Below, piece by piece: positions 9,871 to 20,962 of a DNA stretch of 64,000 nucleotides (positions are counted from its first letter, which is position 1; every line of letters starts with the position of its first letter). The DNA comes from a virus (lineage: Duplodnaviria > Heunggongvirae > Uroviricota > Caudoviricetes). Made by a program: the position numbers and the translations under genes. Where the stretch lies: IMG/VR virus record IMGVR_UViG_3300031133_000383, positions 58,635 through 122,634 of that record; one strand, 5' to 3'. Under the pieces are notes generated by a model, which saw only the letters and a program-made list of their open reading frames with translations, had not been told where the DNA came from and searched no databases.

Positions 9871-10602
9871 ATGATTAAATACCTGATGGCCCTTTGCGTT
9901 GCTTGCATTCTACCTTTGAATTCTTATGCTCGTGATGACGGATCAATTGATAGTTTTAATGAAGCAAAAAGGGTTCTCTACACTAAGGTTTATAAAGCAA
10001 ACGAATCTCATAAAACTTTTTATTGTGGTTGTGAGATTAAGCGTCAAGGTAAGAAGATGGTCCCCGATTTAGAAAGTTGTGGTTATCAAAATCGTAAGGA
10101 AAGTAACCTTTATCGTGCAGAACGTATTGAAGCTGAACATATTGTACCAGCAGCCCATATTGGATATCAGAATAAATGCATGATTGAAAACAAATCACGC
10201 AAGGATAAAAGAGCTTACTGTGAAAAAAGTGATCCTACTTTCCGTCAAGCCTATATCGACCTTCACAATCTTGTTCCAGCCGTTGGTGAAGTCAACCTTG
10301 ATCGTAGTAATTTCAGATTTGCAGCACTCACCAAAACAGATTTTGTCTATGGTCAATGTGATATGAAAATTGATTTCAAAGCAAAAGCTGTGGAGCCACC
10401 TGCCAATGTTCGTGGTGATGTAGCACGTACTTATATGTATATGTCAGATCGGTATGATATACGCATCAGTGATGCACAGCGTAAATTGTTTGAAGTGTGG
10501 AACAAACAAGACCCAGTAGATGAATGGGAACGTGTCAAAAACAAGCGTATTAAAGATCTGCAAGGCAACAGTAACAAATATATCGAAGACCTAGATAAAT
10601 GA
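9871..10602 (+). CDS. endA: periplasmic endonuclease I (EndA/Dns/Vvn family)
   Basis: Signal peptide; TFYCGC, RIEAEHIVPA, DLHNLVPAVGEVN.DRSNFRF, RGDVARTYMYM..RY, W...DPV..WE. Confidence 0.92.
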   Translation: MIKYLMALCVACILPLNSYARDDGSIDSFNEAKRVLYTKVYKANESHKTFYCGCEIKRQGKKMVPDLESCGYQNRKESNLYRAERIEAEHIVPAAHIGYQNKCMIENKSRKDKRAYCEKSDPTFRQAYIDLHNLVPAVGEVNLDRSNFRFAALTKTDFVYGQCDMKIDFKAKAVEPPANVRGDVARTYMYMSDRYDIRISDAQRKLFEVWNKQDPVDEWERVKNKRIKDLQGNSNKYIEDLDK

Positions 10603-10613
10603 TAGGCTATGAC

Positions 10614-10637
10614 AAAAAGCTCTTTCGAGAGCTTTTT
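10614..10637 (+). terminator. intrinsic terminator
   Basis: aaaaagctct-TTCG-agagcttttt. Confidence 0.8.
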
Positions 10638-10716
10638 TCTTTTATGGGCAGTAATTATTGACAACGGTCATAAGTAAATGATACAATCAAATTAAATTAT
10701 AGAGCAGATTTTAACT

Positions 10717-11637
10717 ATGGACTTTTCAGCATTCTCATTTGCCAGTATTCGAATGTCAATCCTTTCTGGTGCTCATTCTGTTGATGATCATCACAAATTG
10801 AAATTGGAATTAAACCCACCTAACATTATTGATTCTCTAGGAGTAAATACTTTTTGCTTTTATATCAATAAGTCTTTTGGCATCTTGAAAAATGATTACA
10901 TGAAAATTGTAAAAGCACTCAAAAAGAAAAAATTAAATTTTGATGTCAATATGGATGCATTAAAAGAGCTACCCGAATTCCATATTATGAAATTTATTGG
11001 TGGTATAGAATTGATTGAATACTTCCAGAACATAAGTATGAACAATACAACAGGACGACCCCGAATCTCAGATAATCAATTATTACGAGAATGCACTATT
11101 TCTAAACTCTCTGCTTGTAAATCCTATTATGCACAGCATCAACCCAAAATTTTCTGTTTGGATATTGAAATTCAGACCAATAATGAAAAAGCATTTGAAC
11201 CTACTGAATTTGGATTTGTGTATCATGCAGACGGGCAGGATTTTTATGAGCATTATTTGATTGAAGAATTTTATCAGCTAAAGGTTGATAGTTCTTTACA
11301 GAAAAAATTTAAATTTGGTAAAACAAAACTTATTTCTTATGATGGATTTGTGAATATGATGTCTGATTATCTTGATAAATCTGATATGTTTCTAGCTCAT
11401 TCCGTTAATTCTGAAAATTACTATTTGAGTCGTACTGGTATTTCATTGCCTTATTGTGTTGATGCCGTAGTTGATACTCAGTTTTTATACAAAGACTATG
11501 ACAAAACGCATATAAAACCTGTTTCATTAATTGATATGTTAACTTATTTAAAGATTCCTTTTAAAGACCTTCATAATAGCGGTAACGATGCTGCCTATAC
11601 TTGGGCCGCTTTCAAAAAAATAATGGACCTTAACTAG
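10717..11637 (+). CDS. DEDDh 3'-5' exonuclease-domain protein (Gfd2/YDR514C-like C-terminus)
   Basis: CLDIE, FLAH, VDTQ, LHNSGNDA.YT motifs. Confidence 0.8.
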   Translation: MDFSAFSFASIRMSILSGAHSVDDHHKLKLELNPPNIIDSLGVNTFCFYINKSFGILKNDYMKIVKALKKKKLNFDVNMDALKELPEFHIMKFIGGIELIEYFQNISMNNTTGRPRISDNQLLRECTISKLSACKSYYAQHQPKIFCLDIEIQTNNEKAFEPTEFGFVYHADGQDFYEHYLIEEFYQLKVDSSLQKKFKFGKTKLISYDGFVNMMSDYLDKSDMFLAHSVNSENYYLSRTGISLPYCVDAVVDTQFLYKDYDKTHIKPVSLIDMLTYLKIPFKDLHNSGNDAAYTWAAFKKIMDLN

Positions 11638-13279
11638 GCCCATTTTTTTTAGTGTGTTTTTTACTTGCTTTTTCAAATTTCTTTCTATATTTTTCGACAT
11701 TTTCATAAATATTATAAGTTTCTTCTTTTGAAAACTTTCTCAGGTCATCCATTTTAACAGCTTGACCATATTCTTTTTTAAAACTTAAGCAATAATTCAA
11801 TATTTGATGTTGACTATCATTATCCTTATCAAAAAATAAAATATTCTGACCTTCATCCTCTATAAAATTTTGAAAATTATCGAATGCTTTTGTATTAATA
11901 ACAAGATCGTTATAAAGAATAATGCACTGGTTATCAATTACATATTCGGCTAGCTTTCTAAAACCTTCATTAATGATTTCGTCATTAAAGAATTCATGAT
12001 TGTAAGCATTTTTTAATTCTAGTGTTTTCAAGCCATAGTATTCATGCTCTTCAAAGACATAATGATAATTTACATCCAGTAAGTTTTCTCCTTTTAAAAT
12101 AATAGCTTTATTATGACTTAAATAACTTTCTTGATAAAATAACTCATTATTAATACTAAATTGATTCAGATTCATATTCACATAGTTGCTGACTAAACCA
12201 AATTTATGCAGTCCATTCACATAATCATTGTAACGATTATGAGCGGTATCGTAATTTGTTGAGAATACATCTGTCTCAAACGACATTGTATGTGTTTCTA
12301 TAGGTTTTAATAATACTTCTGGAAATTGTTCTTTTACCTCATCGATAAATTCTTTCATGGGGTATTTTGAAATCAATTCTTCTTTTGATTTCAACATTAT
12401 CAAATTTTCCAAGGTATCTAAAAATACTTCTCTAATATCATCGTAATAGAAATCAACAATTTTCATCATTTTTTCATAAGGTAAATGATTGGATATCACA
12501 ATACCCGTGACGGTATTGTTTTGAACATAATCTGTGTTTAAAATCCTCTTCATCTTTTTTTCTTCTATTTCAAAGAAACCTTCTAATCTTGTTAATAAAG
12601 TTGATCGATAATCAGCCATTACATCATCAAAATTTAATGGTAATAAACCCACTATTTGTTCATATCGATTAGTTTTATCAATAGAATGATAAGGCAGTGT
12701 ACGTTGCAGACATGAAATAAAATCACTGTACATTGATAAATCTGTAGGAGAGAGATCCTTTATTTGTTTATCACTATTTTCTAAATCATAAAGGTTAGCT
12801 AAAAATTCAAATTTTTCAGTATCAGGATGCAAATGTATAAGGCTATTTAATAAAGGTCCATTATTGTCATAATTGTATTTTTCGAAAAAGGTTTCTGTGT
12901 AGTTTTTATAAAATGATTGAAAATCAGGTGATGTATCAAATAATGTGTACACATCTTTCATAACATTTTTTTCATTTTCTGAATACACTTTATGTGACTT
13001 ATTCAAATTGTTACTTTCGATGATTGTTTCAAATTCTTCATTGTTATTATCATAGCGATAGTTGACTTTATTTCTTCTAGCAATAACAAATCCAAAATTA
13101 TTATCCTTTGTTCTTTTTAAATTGTTTTTACGATTAAAAGTGTCATTGTCATAATCATGAAATAATGGAAGCGAAAATAGTTCATTAAGAGCTAATATTT
13201 CAAAATTTTTATCTTGTATATTATGCTTTACTTTCAAATCTTTTATTATTTTTTCAATATCTGTTATATGTACTTTCAT
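11630..13279 (-). CDS. hypothetical protein with Lys-rich C-tail
   Basis: 549 aa ORF; ends KKHTKKNGPS. Confidence 0.85.
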   Translation of the reverse strand: MKVHITDIEKIIKDLKVKHNIQDKNFEILALNELFSLPLFHDYDNDTFNRKNNLKRTKDNNFGFVIARRNKVNYRYDNNNEEFETIIESNNLNKSHKVYSENEKNVMKDVYTLFDTSPDFQSFYKNYTETFFEKYNYDNNGPLLNSLIHLHPDTEKFEFLANLYDLENSDKQIKDLSPTDLSMYSDFISCLQRTLPYHSIDKTNRYEQIVGLLPLNFDDVMADYRSTLLTRLEGFFEIEEKKMKRILNTDYVQNNTVTGIVISNHLPYEKMMKIVDFYYDDIREVFLDTLENLIMLKSKEELISKYPMKEFIDEVKEQFPEVLLKPIETHTMSFETDVFSTNYDTAHNRYNDYVNGLHKFGLVSNYVNMNLNQFSINNELFYQESYLSHNKAIILKGENLLDVNYHYVFEEHEYYGLKTLELKNAYNHEFFNDEIINEGFRKLAEYVIDNQCIILYNDLVINTKAFDNFQNFIEDEGQNILFFDKDNDSQHQILNYCLSFKKEYGQAVKMDDLRKFSKEETYNIYENVEKYRKKFEKASKKHTKKNGPS

Positions 13280-13281
13280 TA

Positions 13282-15153
13282 TTAACCCATTTTTATTTTA
13301 TTTGGTTTTGCATCGAATTTATCTATTTCAGGATAAAGTTTTTCTTTTAAATTTATATCTAAATTTTCTTTTTGTATTATTGCCTTGGTTGTTGAAAGAT
13401 AAATTTCATACATCAGTGTATTTTCTGAAAATGTAACATAATCATCATTTTTTAAATGTTGTGTTTTTAATACACCTTGCTCATTGATGGTAAAACCAAT
13501 GACAGATTCATTATGCATGCTATCTTTGTTGAAATCATAAATAATAAGTTGTTTGCTGTGATCACTTGTGTAATAATCAAAATAAGATTCCTGTCGATGT
13601 ATACACCAAGAAGGACTTCCAAAGTCTTTACATTGAGTATAGTTTTCTATTTCAAAAGCAATTACATTCTCTTTATTATATAATGGTTCAATAGTGTGCT
13701 TATTTAATTTAATGTTGACTGCATCAAAAGTAAAACCATCTAGTTTATTAAAGACTTCTTTTAATAATTGAGTGAAATCATCAGGAGATTTTAAAGCTGC
13801 AAGTTTTTTACCAATGTAGTTTTGTAAATCTTTTTCAGTTAAATTCTTTTCATATAGATCTTTTAAATAAGGGTCTGATTCTTCTGTATGTAAAAATTTA
13901 TATTTTGAACTCAAAATACTATTAGTAAATTGATTTATTTTATAAATTTTGATTTGTTCATTTAAATAGTCGTCTATTTGTTCAAATCCTTTATTGGTAA
14001 TGTCTAGTAAATTTATTTTCATATTTTTGAGAATGTGTTCATTTTCAGCATAGGTATTGATTGTATTCATACCTGCATTGAATATAGACAGTGTGAAACC
14101 ATCTTCTAAAAATTTATTATGAAAGTGATTAACCAACTTAGGCTTGTTTTTTAAAGGAATACTCATTAATTCTTTGGTAATAGTTTCCATTAACTTCACA
14201 TATTCTTTTGAATGAATAATTGTTTTAAAATCGTTATTTTTATTTCTTATTATGATACTTCCATCATTTAATCTGTGTACATATTGAATATGCTGATTAT
14301 TTAATTGAACGGATGCATCAGTATCGTCAGCTAGCAGTTTATCAAACAAAAAGTTAGAAACTTCGGTACTCATTGTTTTTTTGTGAATTAAATCATCTGC
14401 TAAACTAACATATTGAGATTTTATGTTTTCGGATTTGCCTATCTTGATTAATTCGTAGGTTACTTCTTTTATTTCATCTCTGCTTTTAATGAAATCACTT
14501 TTTTTATTTTGTATATCTTTATGTAGAGATTCTTTCAATATACTACTGTTTTCTAATAACAATCTATTCAATTTTTTGTTTAGAAGCATACATTCATCAA
14601 TATCAAGTGATCCTTCATGCAACTTATAAAATTTATCAAAATCTCTTAATTTTCCCAATGTTTTTAATACATTTTGAAAATACTTTTTTTGATTATCGAT
14701 ATTGTCTAATTCTACTTGTACTCTAGCAACAAGATGGCTGGCAATATCTTTATCTTTAATGTCTTCTTTTAAAACATTAACAATATTATGTCCAGTAACT
14801 TGAACTTGTTTTATTTCATTTTTGATTGTTAGTAAAACATCCATATTGCCATAAATTGAAGACTCCATGATAGTGTTCATATATTCTTTGACATCATGAT
14901 TTCTTAGTCCATCTGGTGTTGTATTAATGAAATCAATTATTTCTGAGTTAATATTTAGTGTTCCAATATCAGAACTTTTTATAATAGCTATTTTTGAATC
15001 AAAATTATCTAAAGTATTAAAGTCTAAATTTAAATATTTATTAGGGTTAAAATTTAAATTAGATCCTTCCAATCTATTCTCGGCCTTAATCGGAATACTC
15101 GATTGTTCATTTAAGGCATAAAAAAAAGATTCAATATCATCTTGTGTGTTCAT
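13282..15153 (-). CDS. large protein with C-terminal PcfJ-like 'G...WC' module and Lys-rich tail
   Basis: CKDFGSPSWCI....YF..Y motif; ends KPNKIKMG; exact start uncertain. Confidence 0.65.
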   Translation of the reverse strand: MNTQDDIESFFYALNEQSSIPIKAENRLEGSNLNFNPNKYLNLDFNTLDNFDSKIAIIKSSDIGTLNINSEIIDFINTTPDGLRNHDVKEYMNTIMESSIYGNMDVLLTIKNEIKQVQVTGHNIVNVLKEDIKDKDIASHLVARVQVELDNIDNQKKYFQNVLKTLGKLRDFDKFYKLHEGSLDIDECMLLNKKLNRLLLENSSILKESLHKDIQNKKSDFIKSRDEIKEVTYELIKIGKSENIKSQYVSLADDLIHKKTMSTEVSNFLFDKLLADDTDASVQLNNQHIQYVHRLNDGSIIIRNKNNDFKTIIHSKEYVKLMETITKELMSIPLKNKPKLVNHFHNKFLEDGFTLSIFNAGMNTINTYAENEHILKNMKINLLDITNKGFEQIDDYLNEQIKIYKINQFTNSILSSKYKFLHTEESDPYLKDLYEKNLTEKDLQNYIGKKLAALKSPDDFTQLLKEVFNKLDGFTFDAVNIKLNKHTIEPLYNKENVIAFEIENYTQCKDFGSPSWCIHRQESYFDYYTSDHSKQLIIYDFNKDSMHNESVIGFTINEQGVLKTQHLKNDDYVTFSENTLMYEIYLSTTKAIIQKENLDINLKEKLYPEIDKFDAKPNKIKMG

Positions 15154-15285
15154 TTATTTAATTTTGTTGGTTTCTTTTATTATATCATATATTTTATACT
15201 TTTCATTATTGTACAAAAAAAAACTATTATTGCTTCATTTTTATTGTTTTTATGCTATAATGATAAAAAACTAGGAGACACTTTC

Positions 15286-16128
15286 ATGAAACCGATTAAA
15301 GATGAAGAATTAAAGGCCCTGATGACTGAAACTCAAGAAGCTTTTGGCGAGTATGAGAAAGTAAAGTTTGTGGCCCGTGTAAATGGTAAACCTACTGAAC
15401 TAAGTGGCATTCGCGTCATGGATGCTAAAGATACAGAGCATTTTATTGTAAAAACCAAAAATCAAGGTCACTTTTCTTTTGGTACAGACGAAGTAGCCAC
15501 CTTTCAACGTATATCAGTAGAAACATATACACCTGAAGTAGAAAATCCTATTTCGAAATTACAACAAACAATCGCAGATAAAATTCAGCGTGAAAAAGAC
15601 AAAACAACAGAAGACAGTGAGCGTATTGCAGATGAACTTATTGCTCAGGTTGGTTATTTTCCGTTGTTGAATTCTGCAACTGCTGCTGGTCTCACAGTCG
15701 ATTTTCTTGATAAAAACAAAGAACTATTAGATACCATTCATTTTCCTTTTATCAAAGGAGAAGCCTACGAGGTTTTTTCTCATGAAGATGATAGAGAAAT
15801 TGAAATTAATTCACTGGTTATTGATGTCAGTTTAGCCACTGATTTGGAGGGAGATGAATTAGCTCCTGAAACTTATGCTAAGTATTATGAAACGTATAAA
15901 ACACTTCAAGATTTTGAGTTTATTCAAGATAATGATTTCACCAAAGAAATTTTCACTCTCTATAAACTAGACGAAAAATATGCAAAAGTAACAGGAGATC
16001 TTCATAAACATGATCTTTTAGCTTTGGTACAAGAAAATTCAAAAGATGAAGCCATTCAAGAAGCTGCAAGAGATTTACGTCTCAAAAGTACAGCAAACAA
16101 AAAAGAAACAGTTAAATTCAAACCATAA
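15286..16128 (+). CDS. acidic hypothetical protein with Lys-rich C-tail
   Basis: AGGAG RBS and TGcTATAAT promoter support start MKPIKD; ends KKETVKFKP. Confidence 0.85.
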   Translation: MKPIKDEELKALMTETQEAFGEYEKVKFVARVNGKPTELSGIRVMDAKDTEHFIVKTKNQGHFSFGTDEVATFQRISVETYTPEVENPISKLQQTIADKIQREKDKTTEDSERIADELIAQVGYFPLLNSATAAGLTVDFLDKNKELLDTIHFPFIKGEAYEVFSHEDDREIEINSLVIDVSLATDLEGDELAPETYAKYYETYKTLQDFEFIQDNDFTKEIFTLYKLDEKYAKVTGDLHKHDLLALVQENSKDEAIQEAARDLRLKSTANKKETVKFKP

Positions 16129-16144
16129 CAGTTTATACTTGATG

Positions 16145-16171
16145 AAAAAGACCTTTTGCTAGGTCTTTTTT
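16145..16171. terminator. bidirectional terminator
   Basis: aaaaagacct-tttgct-aggtcttttt. Confidence 0.75.
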
Positions 16172-16809
16172 ATTTCTATAAGTTTTGCTTCCAATGTTTT
16201 TGAATACTTCAAAATTTCTTTCATCTGCTTACTTTCATCTGTTAAGAGATCATGTAATACAGAGAAAATAGGAAGCTCATTTTTAGGCAGTTCAAATGAA
16301 ACACTATCAAAACTAAAATATCTTATATCTATTGTTATGTCATCTTCATAATCCTGTCCATTTTCTCTGGCTTCATTTGCTTTTTCATCTAGCAATTCAT
16401 GTAAATCTTCTATGAAGTCGTCATCTACAATTTGATCTTTATAAGTGGCAAAATCTTTATAATAGGCTTTGTTTGAGATATGCTCATCATGAGGAATGAT
16501 AAGTGTAAACTCCTTATCATAATTATAAAAAGGATATTGTTTGTTGTTGTTTGGGTTTAATATTTTTTCACCATATACACTAGCCACAATTTTAAAAAAA
16601 TTATGCAAAAAGTAGCTTTCTGGCTGATTTAAACTTCTGAAACTTACATAGATTCCATTATCATAGGCTACCGAATACCCATGCTCGTTGTTGTTGTTGG
16701 AAATATGTACAGACTTATTATTTTTCAAAAAAACAGTATCTTTTAAAATAGTTAAAATTTCATCTATTGGAGCATCTTTTGTTAGACTTAGTGACATTGA
16801 ATATCCCAT
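16159..16809 (-). CDS. hypothetical protein
   Basis: GAGGTG RBS; 216 aa. Confidence 0.85.
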   Translation of the reverse strand: MGYSMSLSLTKDAPIDEILTILKDTVFLKNNKSVHISNNNNEHGYSVAYDNGIYVSFRSLNQPESYFLHNFFKIVASVYGEKILNPNNNKQYPFYNYDKEFTLIIPHDEHISNKAYYKDFATYKDQIVDDDFIEDLHELLDEKANEARENGQDYEDDITIDIRYFSFDSVSFELPKNELPIFSVLHDLLTDESKQMKEILKYSKTLEAKLIEIKKT

Positions 16810-17027
16810 AATACACCTCTTGTTTCAACCGATTTTATCATTAAAATAAGAAAAATGCAATAAAATATAGACAAATATAGTTTTTATTATGTGTCATATT
16901 ATAATAATAAACATTCATGACCAAAATTCATCTATTTTCTAGACGTTGGCATTCCATCGAAGTTTTTAATAAATGATTGATATTTGAATACGTTTAGTGT
17001 ATATTTTTATCAATAATGGAGATATAT

Positions 17028-17651
17028 ATGACTAAAAATACAGCTACTCTATCTTCCATCCTCAATGATGATGAACATACATTATCTATAACAGTCACAG
17101 AACTTGAAAGACTTGGATTTAAAGATAATGGTATGTTTTTTGATTTGTATGAATTTTTTTATGAAAACAAAAAAATACTGATAAAACTCACTTCAAACAT
17201 TATAACCAGTAAAATTTTTTATATCAAAAACGATGCTGGTAAATATGTCATACATAGAGATGATGATTTGCCTGCATCGTTTAGCTATCGATACGATATT
17301 GAATCAAATGATTATATATGTTTTGAAAAAGATTGGAGACTTTACGATAAACTAGTAAGAATTGATAAAGATCTTCCTATTAGTCATTTCATTTATCCTG
17401 ATAAGAGCCATGTGTTCTATTTTTATATTGATAAGACAGATGATTATAAACACAGATTACAATTATATGAATATTTTAATCAAAATGGTCATATAAAATA
17501 TGAATTCTTTTTTTTGAATCAAAGAATCATGATGAAAAACATACAGGGATTTTTCACAGATATAGATGATACATCATATGAATCACTGATAAATTTTGCT
17601 AATGGTCTGTCTAGTGAAACGTTAAAACTATTTGAAATGTACATTCAGTAA
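17028..17651 (+). CDS. hypothetical protein with HR.D.LPA-type repeats; shared C-terminal motif (...KLFEMYIQ)
   Basis: IHRDDDLPA and LVRIDKDLPI repeats; GGAG RBS. Confidence 0.75.
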   Translation: MTKNTATLSSILNDDEHTLSITVTELERLGFKDNGMFFDLYEFFYENKKILIKLTSNIITSKIFYIKNDAGKYVIHRDDDLPASFSYRYDIESNDYICFEKDWRLYDKLVRIDKDLPISHFIYPDKSHVFYFYIDKTDDYKHRLQLYEYFNQNGHIKYEFFFLNQRIMMKNIQGFFTDIDDTSYESLINFANGLSSETLKLFEMYIQ

Positions 17652-17669
17652 AACCAGATGAATCTGGTT

Positions 17670-18218
17670 TTAATCTTTGTCGAATGGTGAAGGAGGTTTT
17701 AATAAATCAAAAGGATCAGGATTGATAAAAAATGGATTGTTAGTGTTTTTTCGCTTTTCATGCAATGATGAACTAGATTTAATCTCTGATATTTCATTTA
17801 GTTGATCCAAAGAGTCCTGATCTATATCTAGATCATTTCCAAAAACTTTTCTACCAATATTACTGTTCATTGATTGATTAATGTTGGTCAATTTATCAGT
17901 ATAATCATAATCATCTATCATGGTCATTGCTCTTTGAATAAAAGCTTCAACTTTGGGACCTCTAAATCCCATTTGCTGTATCATGGATCTAAATGATTCT
18001 TCTAACTCAGCACCAGATGGTGGGCTGTCATTACCATCATCCTGAGCATAGTGTATAGCTACAAATTTATAGATGAGTTCAGGAGATATTAAACTTTCAA
18101 GTGCAGCTTCACATTGTGCAGAAGATAAGTTATTATCCTTAGTATTGTAAATGCCAACCTCTGGTTTATTTTCTAATTTGTTTTTCATGAAATGCTCAGG
18201 TTGTTTTAATATTATCAT
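17670..18218 (-). CDS. hypothetical protein with Pro/Phe-rich C-tail
   Basis: ends NPFFINPDPFDLLKPPSPFDKD. Confidence 0.8.
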   Translation of the reverse strand: MIILKQPEHFMKNKLENKPEVGIYNTKDNNLSSAQCEAALESLISPELIYKFVAIHYAQDDGNDSPPSGAELEESFRSMIQQMGFRGPKVEAFIQRAMTMIDDYDYTDKLTNINQSMNSNIGRKVFGNDLDIDQDSLDQLNEISEIKSSSSLHEKRKNTNNPFFINPDPFDLLKPPSPFDKD

Positions 18219-18260
18219 ATCATAATTATTTATTTTTTAAAGGCATAAAAAAACCATCTA

Positions 18261-19247
18261 TCAAGATGGTTTAATGGTTCTCGTTGATTTCTTATCATCT
18301 GTTTTCATTAATTCACTATATGAACGTCTGCTTTCTTCCAATAGTTGCTGTCCTTTGCTAATGGTCGCTGGCGTTAAATCACCTTTTAGACCAGCCGCCT
18401 GAAGGTTCTCAGTATTTAATTTATGTTCAATAAATTTTCTAGGCGTATCGTTGTCACCTGTTTTTGCTTTTGGTTTATAGTCACCTTTGGATTTATAACC
18501 ATTATTTTTATAATTATTATTGTTTTTTGGTTTTTCAAATAATTCTTTTAAATCCATTAACTGAAGATCAGGATATTTTTCAGATAACAGTGTTAATTGT
18601 TGAACATTAAAAGAAAGAGCCATTGCATATTTCTTAACTCTATTTTCTTCTCTTGTATATAACATAACACCTTGCTGTTTGCCCATCATTGTAATTAGCT
18701 TGTCAACGCCTGCTGGCGAAATTTTTATCGATTTTGCAATGTCTTCCACGGTCATCATTGGTTTACTTTCTTTCAAGACTTTCATCATTTCTTTAAATTT
18801 AGGGTTATTGTAAGCATATTGATTAACTAATGGTGGCGGTGTACCTGATTCATTCGTATTGCTGACATTAGTAGTACTATTGTTAATAGACTGGGAACGT
18901 GTGTTAGTGTTAGTATTTTTAAGTTCATTTTTACTCCACAGTCTTTCTCTTAGGTCATCAATAGCTTGTTCAACAACTCTTACAGCTTTGTCTAATTCAA
19001 TTCTGAAAAACTCTCTACTTTCACTGATACGATGTCTTGTTAATCTATTATGTACCAGTTCTTCACATAAAGGTGCATCTTCAACAAAAAAGAATTTCTC
19101 AACAACAAATTCAGTAGGAACACCTGTTGTGTATAAATCAGCCGAACGATCATATGGACAATTTTGTGTATATCCTATTTTCAAGCCTTTCAACGATTCG
19201 TTGCTCAAAATATATACATAGCCGGGATTTTCAAATTTAAGAGTCAT
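18261..19247 (-). CDS. T5orf172/MUG113 (GIY-YIG superfamily) domain protein with putative wHTH and basic tail
   Basis: GYVYIL.N....LKIGYT....R...L.TTGVPTEF...EELVH..L...R....REFF. Confidence 0.85.
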   Translation of the reverse strand: MTLKFENPGYVYILSNESLKGLKIGYTQNCPYDRSADLYTTGVPTEFVVEKFFFVEDAPLCEELVHNRLTRHRISESREFFRIELDKAVRVVEQAIDDLRERLWSKNELKNTNTNTRSQSINNSTTNVSNTNESGTPPPLVNQYAYNNPKFKEMMKVLKESKPMMTVEDIAKSIKISPAGVDKLITMMGKQQGVMLYTREENRVKKYAMALSFNVQQLTLLSEKYPDLQLMDLKELFEKPKNNNNYKNNGYKSKGDYKPKAKTGDNDTPRKFIEHKLNTENLQAAGLKGDLTPATISKGQQLLEESRRSYSELMKTDDKKSTRTIKPS

Positions 19248-19369
19248 GAATTACAATTTATATTTTCTTATTATCATTATAGCACAATAAAATATAAATA
19301 AAAATCATCCTTATTTTTTTTATTTCTTTTTTATGTTATAATGGGATATATCAACAAAAGAATAAAATA

Positions 19370-20137
19370 ATGGATCAATCAATCAAAAACACCATAGATT
19401 CTTATCTGAACGAACTCAATACGCTGCATTTACCTTACAGTAGTGAAGTCTTGGAAAGAAAATCACTTATTGGGTTTGGTTATGAGGGACTATCATCTTA
19501 TGATCAGATGCCTAATGTTAAAGAATTAATCCTATTACGCAGTCAGGAACATCCAGAAACACTTTCCGAGTTTAAATTTTTAGTAATAGAAGTTTATGAT
19601 AAACCAACACCGGAAGGCCATCAATATGGCGTGCCGTCATTTTCTTTTATAAGAGACGTTTCGAATGATTGTGATGTGGCATGCTATATGTTGGATGATG
19701 AGACGGTACAAACATTTAAAAGTCCTGTTGATGCTATTCTAAATGCTGTTCAAAAATTTGAATTAGATAATTACCAAAGAAGTATGTCGATTGATTTGAT
19801 AGAATATAATCTTTCTGATTTTGATGCAGATGCTGATAAAGAGATTGCATCTTTAGTGATGGCAAATTCATTAATCAATTCATTTAACAAATTTGGTCGT
19901 GATTTGTTTAAATGCGATATTGATATTGATACACCTAAATTATTTGTTGCTTGCCCTAAATATGATAACTGGACTGATATTATTGATACTGGTGAAAAAG
20001 GAAACATTCATCAACAAGTTATTGCCATTACTAATGAGAATTATGCTCGTTATATTGAAGAAACTATTGATTTGGCTAAAGTCTATTGTGAAGAAGATTT
20101 GAAAAGTGCAAAAAAACATAAAATAAAGCCTTCTTAA
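19370..20137 (+). CDS. acidic hypothetical protein with Lys-rich C-tail
   Basis: 255 aa; ends AKKHKIKPS; own TGtTATAAT promoter. Confidence 0.85.
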   Translation: MDQSIKNTIDSYLNELNTLHLPYSSEVLERKSLIGFGYEGLSSYDQMPNVKELILLRSQEHPETLSEFKFLVIEVYDKPTPEGHQYGVPSFSFIRDVSNDCDVACYMLDDETVQTFKSPVDAILNAVQKFELDNYQRSMSIDLIEYNLSDFDADADKEIASLVMANSLINSFNKFGRDLFKCDIDIDTPKLFVACPKYDNWTDIIDTGEKGNIHQQVIAITNENYARYIEETIDLAKVYCEEDLKSAKKHKIKPS

Positions 20138-20207
20138 AGGCTTTTTATTTGTCCAAAATTGCAAAAATATTTTATTTATGATACAATCTCCAAACGGAGA
20201 AACCATC

Positions 20208-20906
20208 ATGTCTTTAGAATTAATAGATTCCAAACATAGTTTACATTATCATAACAGTTTTTGTTATTATTTAAATTTGTTAGAAGAAAAATTATGTTCT
20301 GATACAACATCTCTTTCTTTGCGATTTGATGAAAATACTGAATATCCTATATCCATCGATATGAATGAAAAAGTAAGATATCATTTATTCAGTTATGATG
20401 ACAAAGAAAAGTGCTATCACTTTATTTCAGCAGAATCCATTTTTTTTCATTGTGCCAAAAAGAAAAAAGACTCACAGAAACACTACTCAAAAGCTGCCGA
20501 TTTAGCTTATATTGAATCTATATATGATTTTCTTAAAAAAACCTTTATTTGTTCCATGATTTTTGATAACAGTATGAAGGTTAACTATCGTGTACAACTA
20601 GTAGATAATTTAGGAGAGTTATCAGTTTTGCATGTCTTTACTGGATTGCTGGGCTATTCGATTGTATTCAATGACTCTCTCGAATTATTAGATGTTTCAT
20701 TTAAATCAACAACATTATCAGAGGGGATTCTCAATAACCGTACAGATTTAACGTTGAATGAAAAAATCTGTGGGTTTGATTTCTATGTTTCTTATTATTA
20801 CAATCATGATTTTAAACAGTTTATTGATGCTCAGGTTGATATACAAGAAGTTACACTGGACTCTGCCGCACGTTTTTTAAATCTTTATCAAATGCTCAAT
20901 ATCTGA
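20208..20906 (+). CDS. hypothetical protein, shared C-terminal motif family (...NLYQMLNI)
   Basis: GGAG RBS supports start MSLELI. Confidence 0.8.
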   Translation: MSLELIDSKHSLHYHNSFCYYLNLLEEKLCSDTTSLSLRFDENTEYPISIDMNEKVRYHLFSYDDKEKCYHFISAESIFFHCAKKKKDSQKHYSKAADLAYIESIYDFLKKTFICSMIFDNSMKVNYRVQLVDNLGELSVLHVFTGLLGYSIVFNDSLELLDVSFKSTTLSEGILNNRTDLTLNEKICGFDFYVSYYYNHDFKQFIDAQVDIQEVTLDSAARFLNLYQMLNI

Positions 20907-20962
20907 TTATTGTTCTTATGATGGTTTTGTGATATAATCAACCATGACTAAATGAGGTTATT

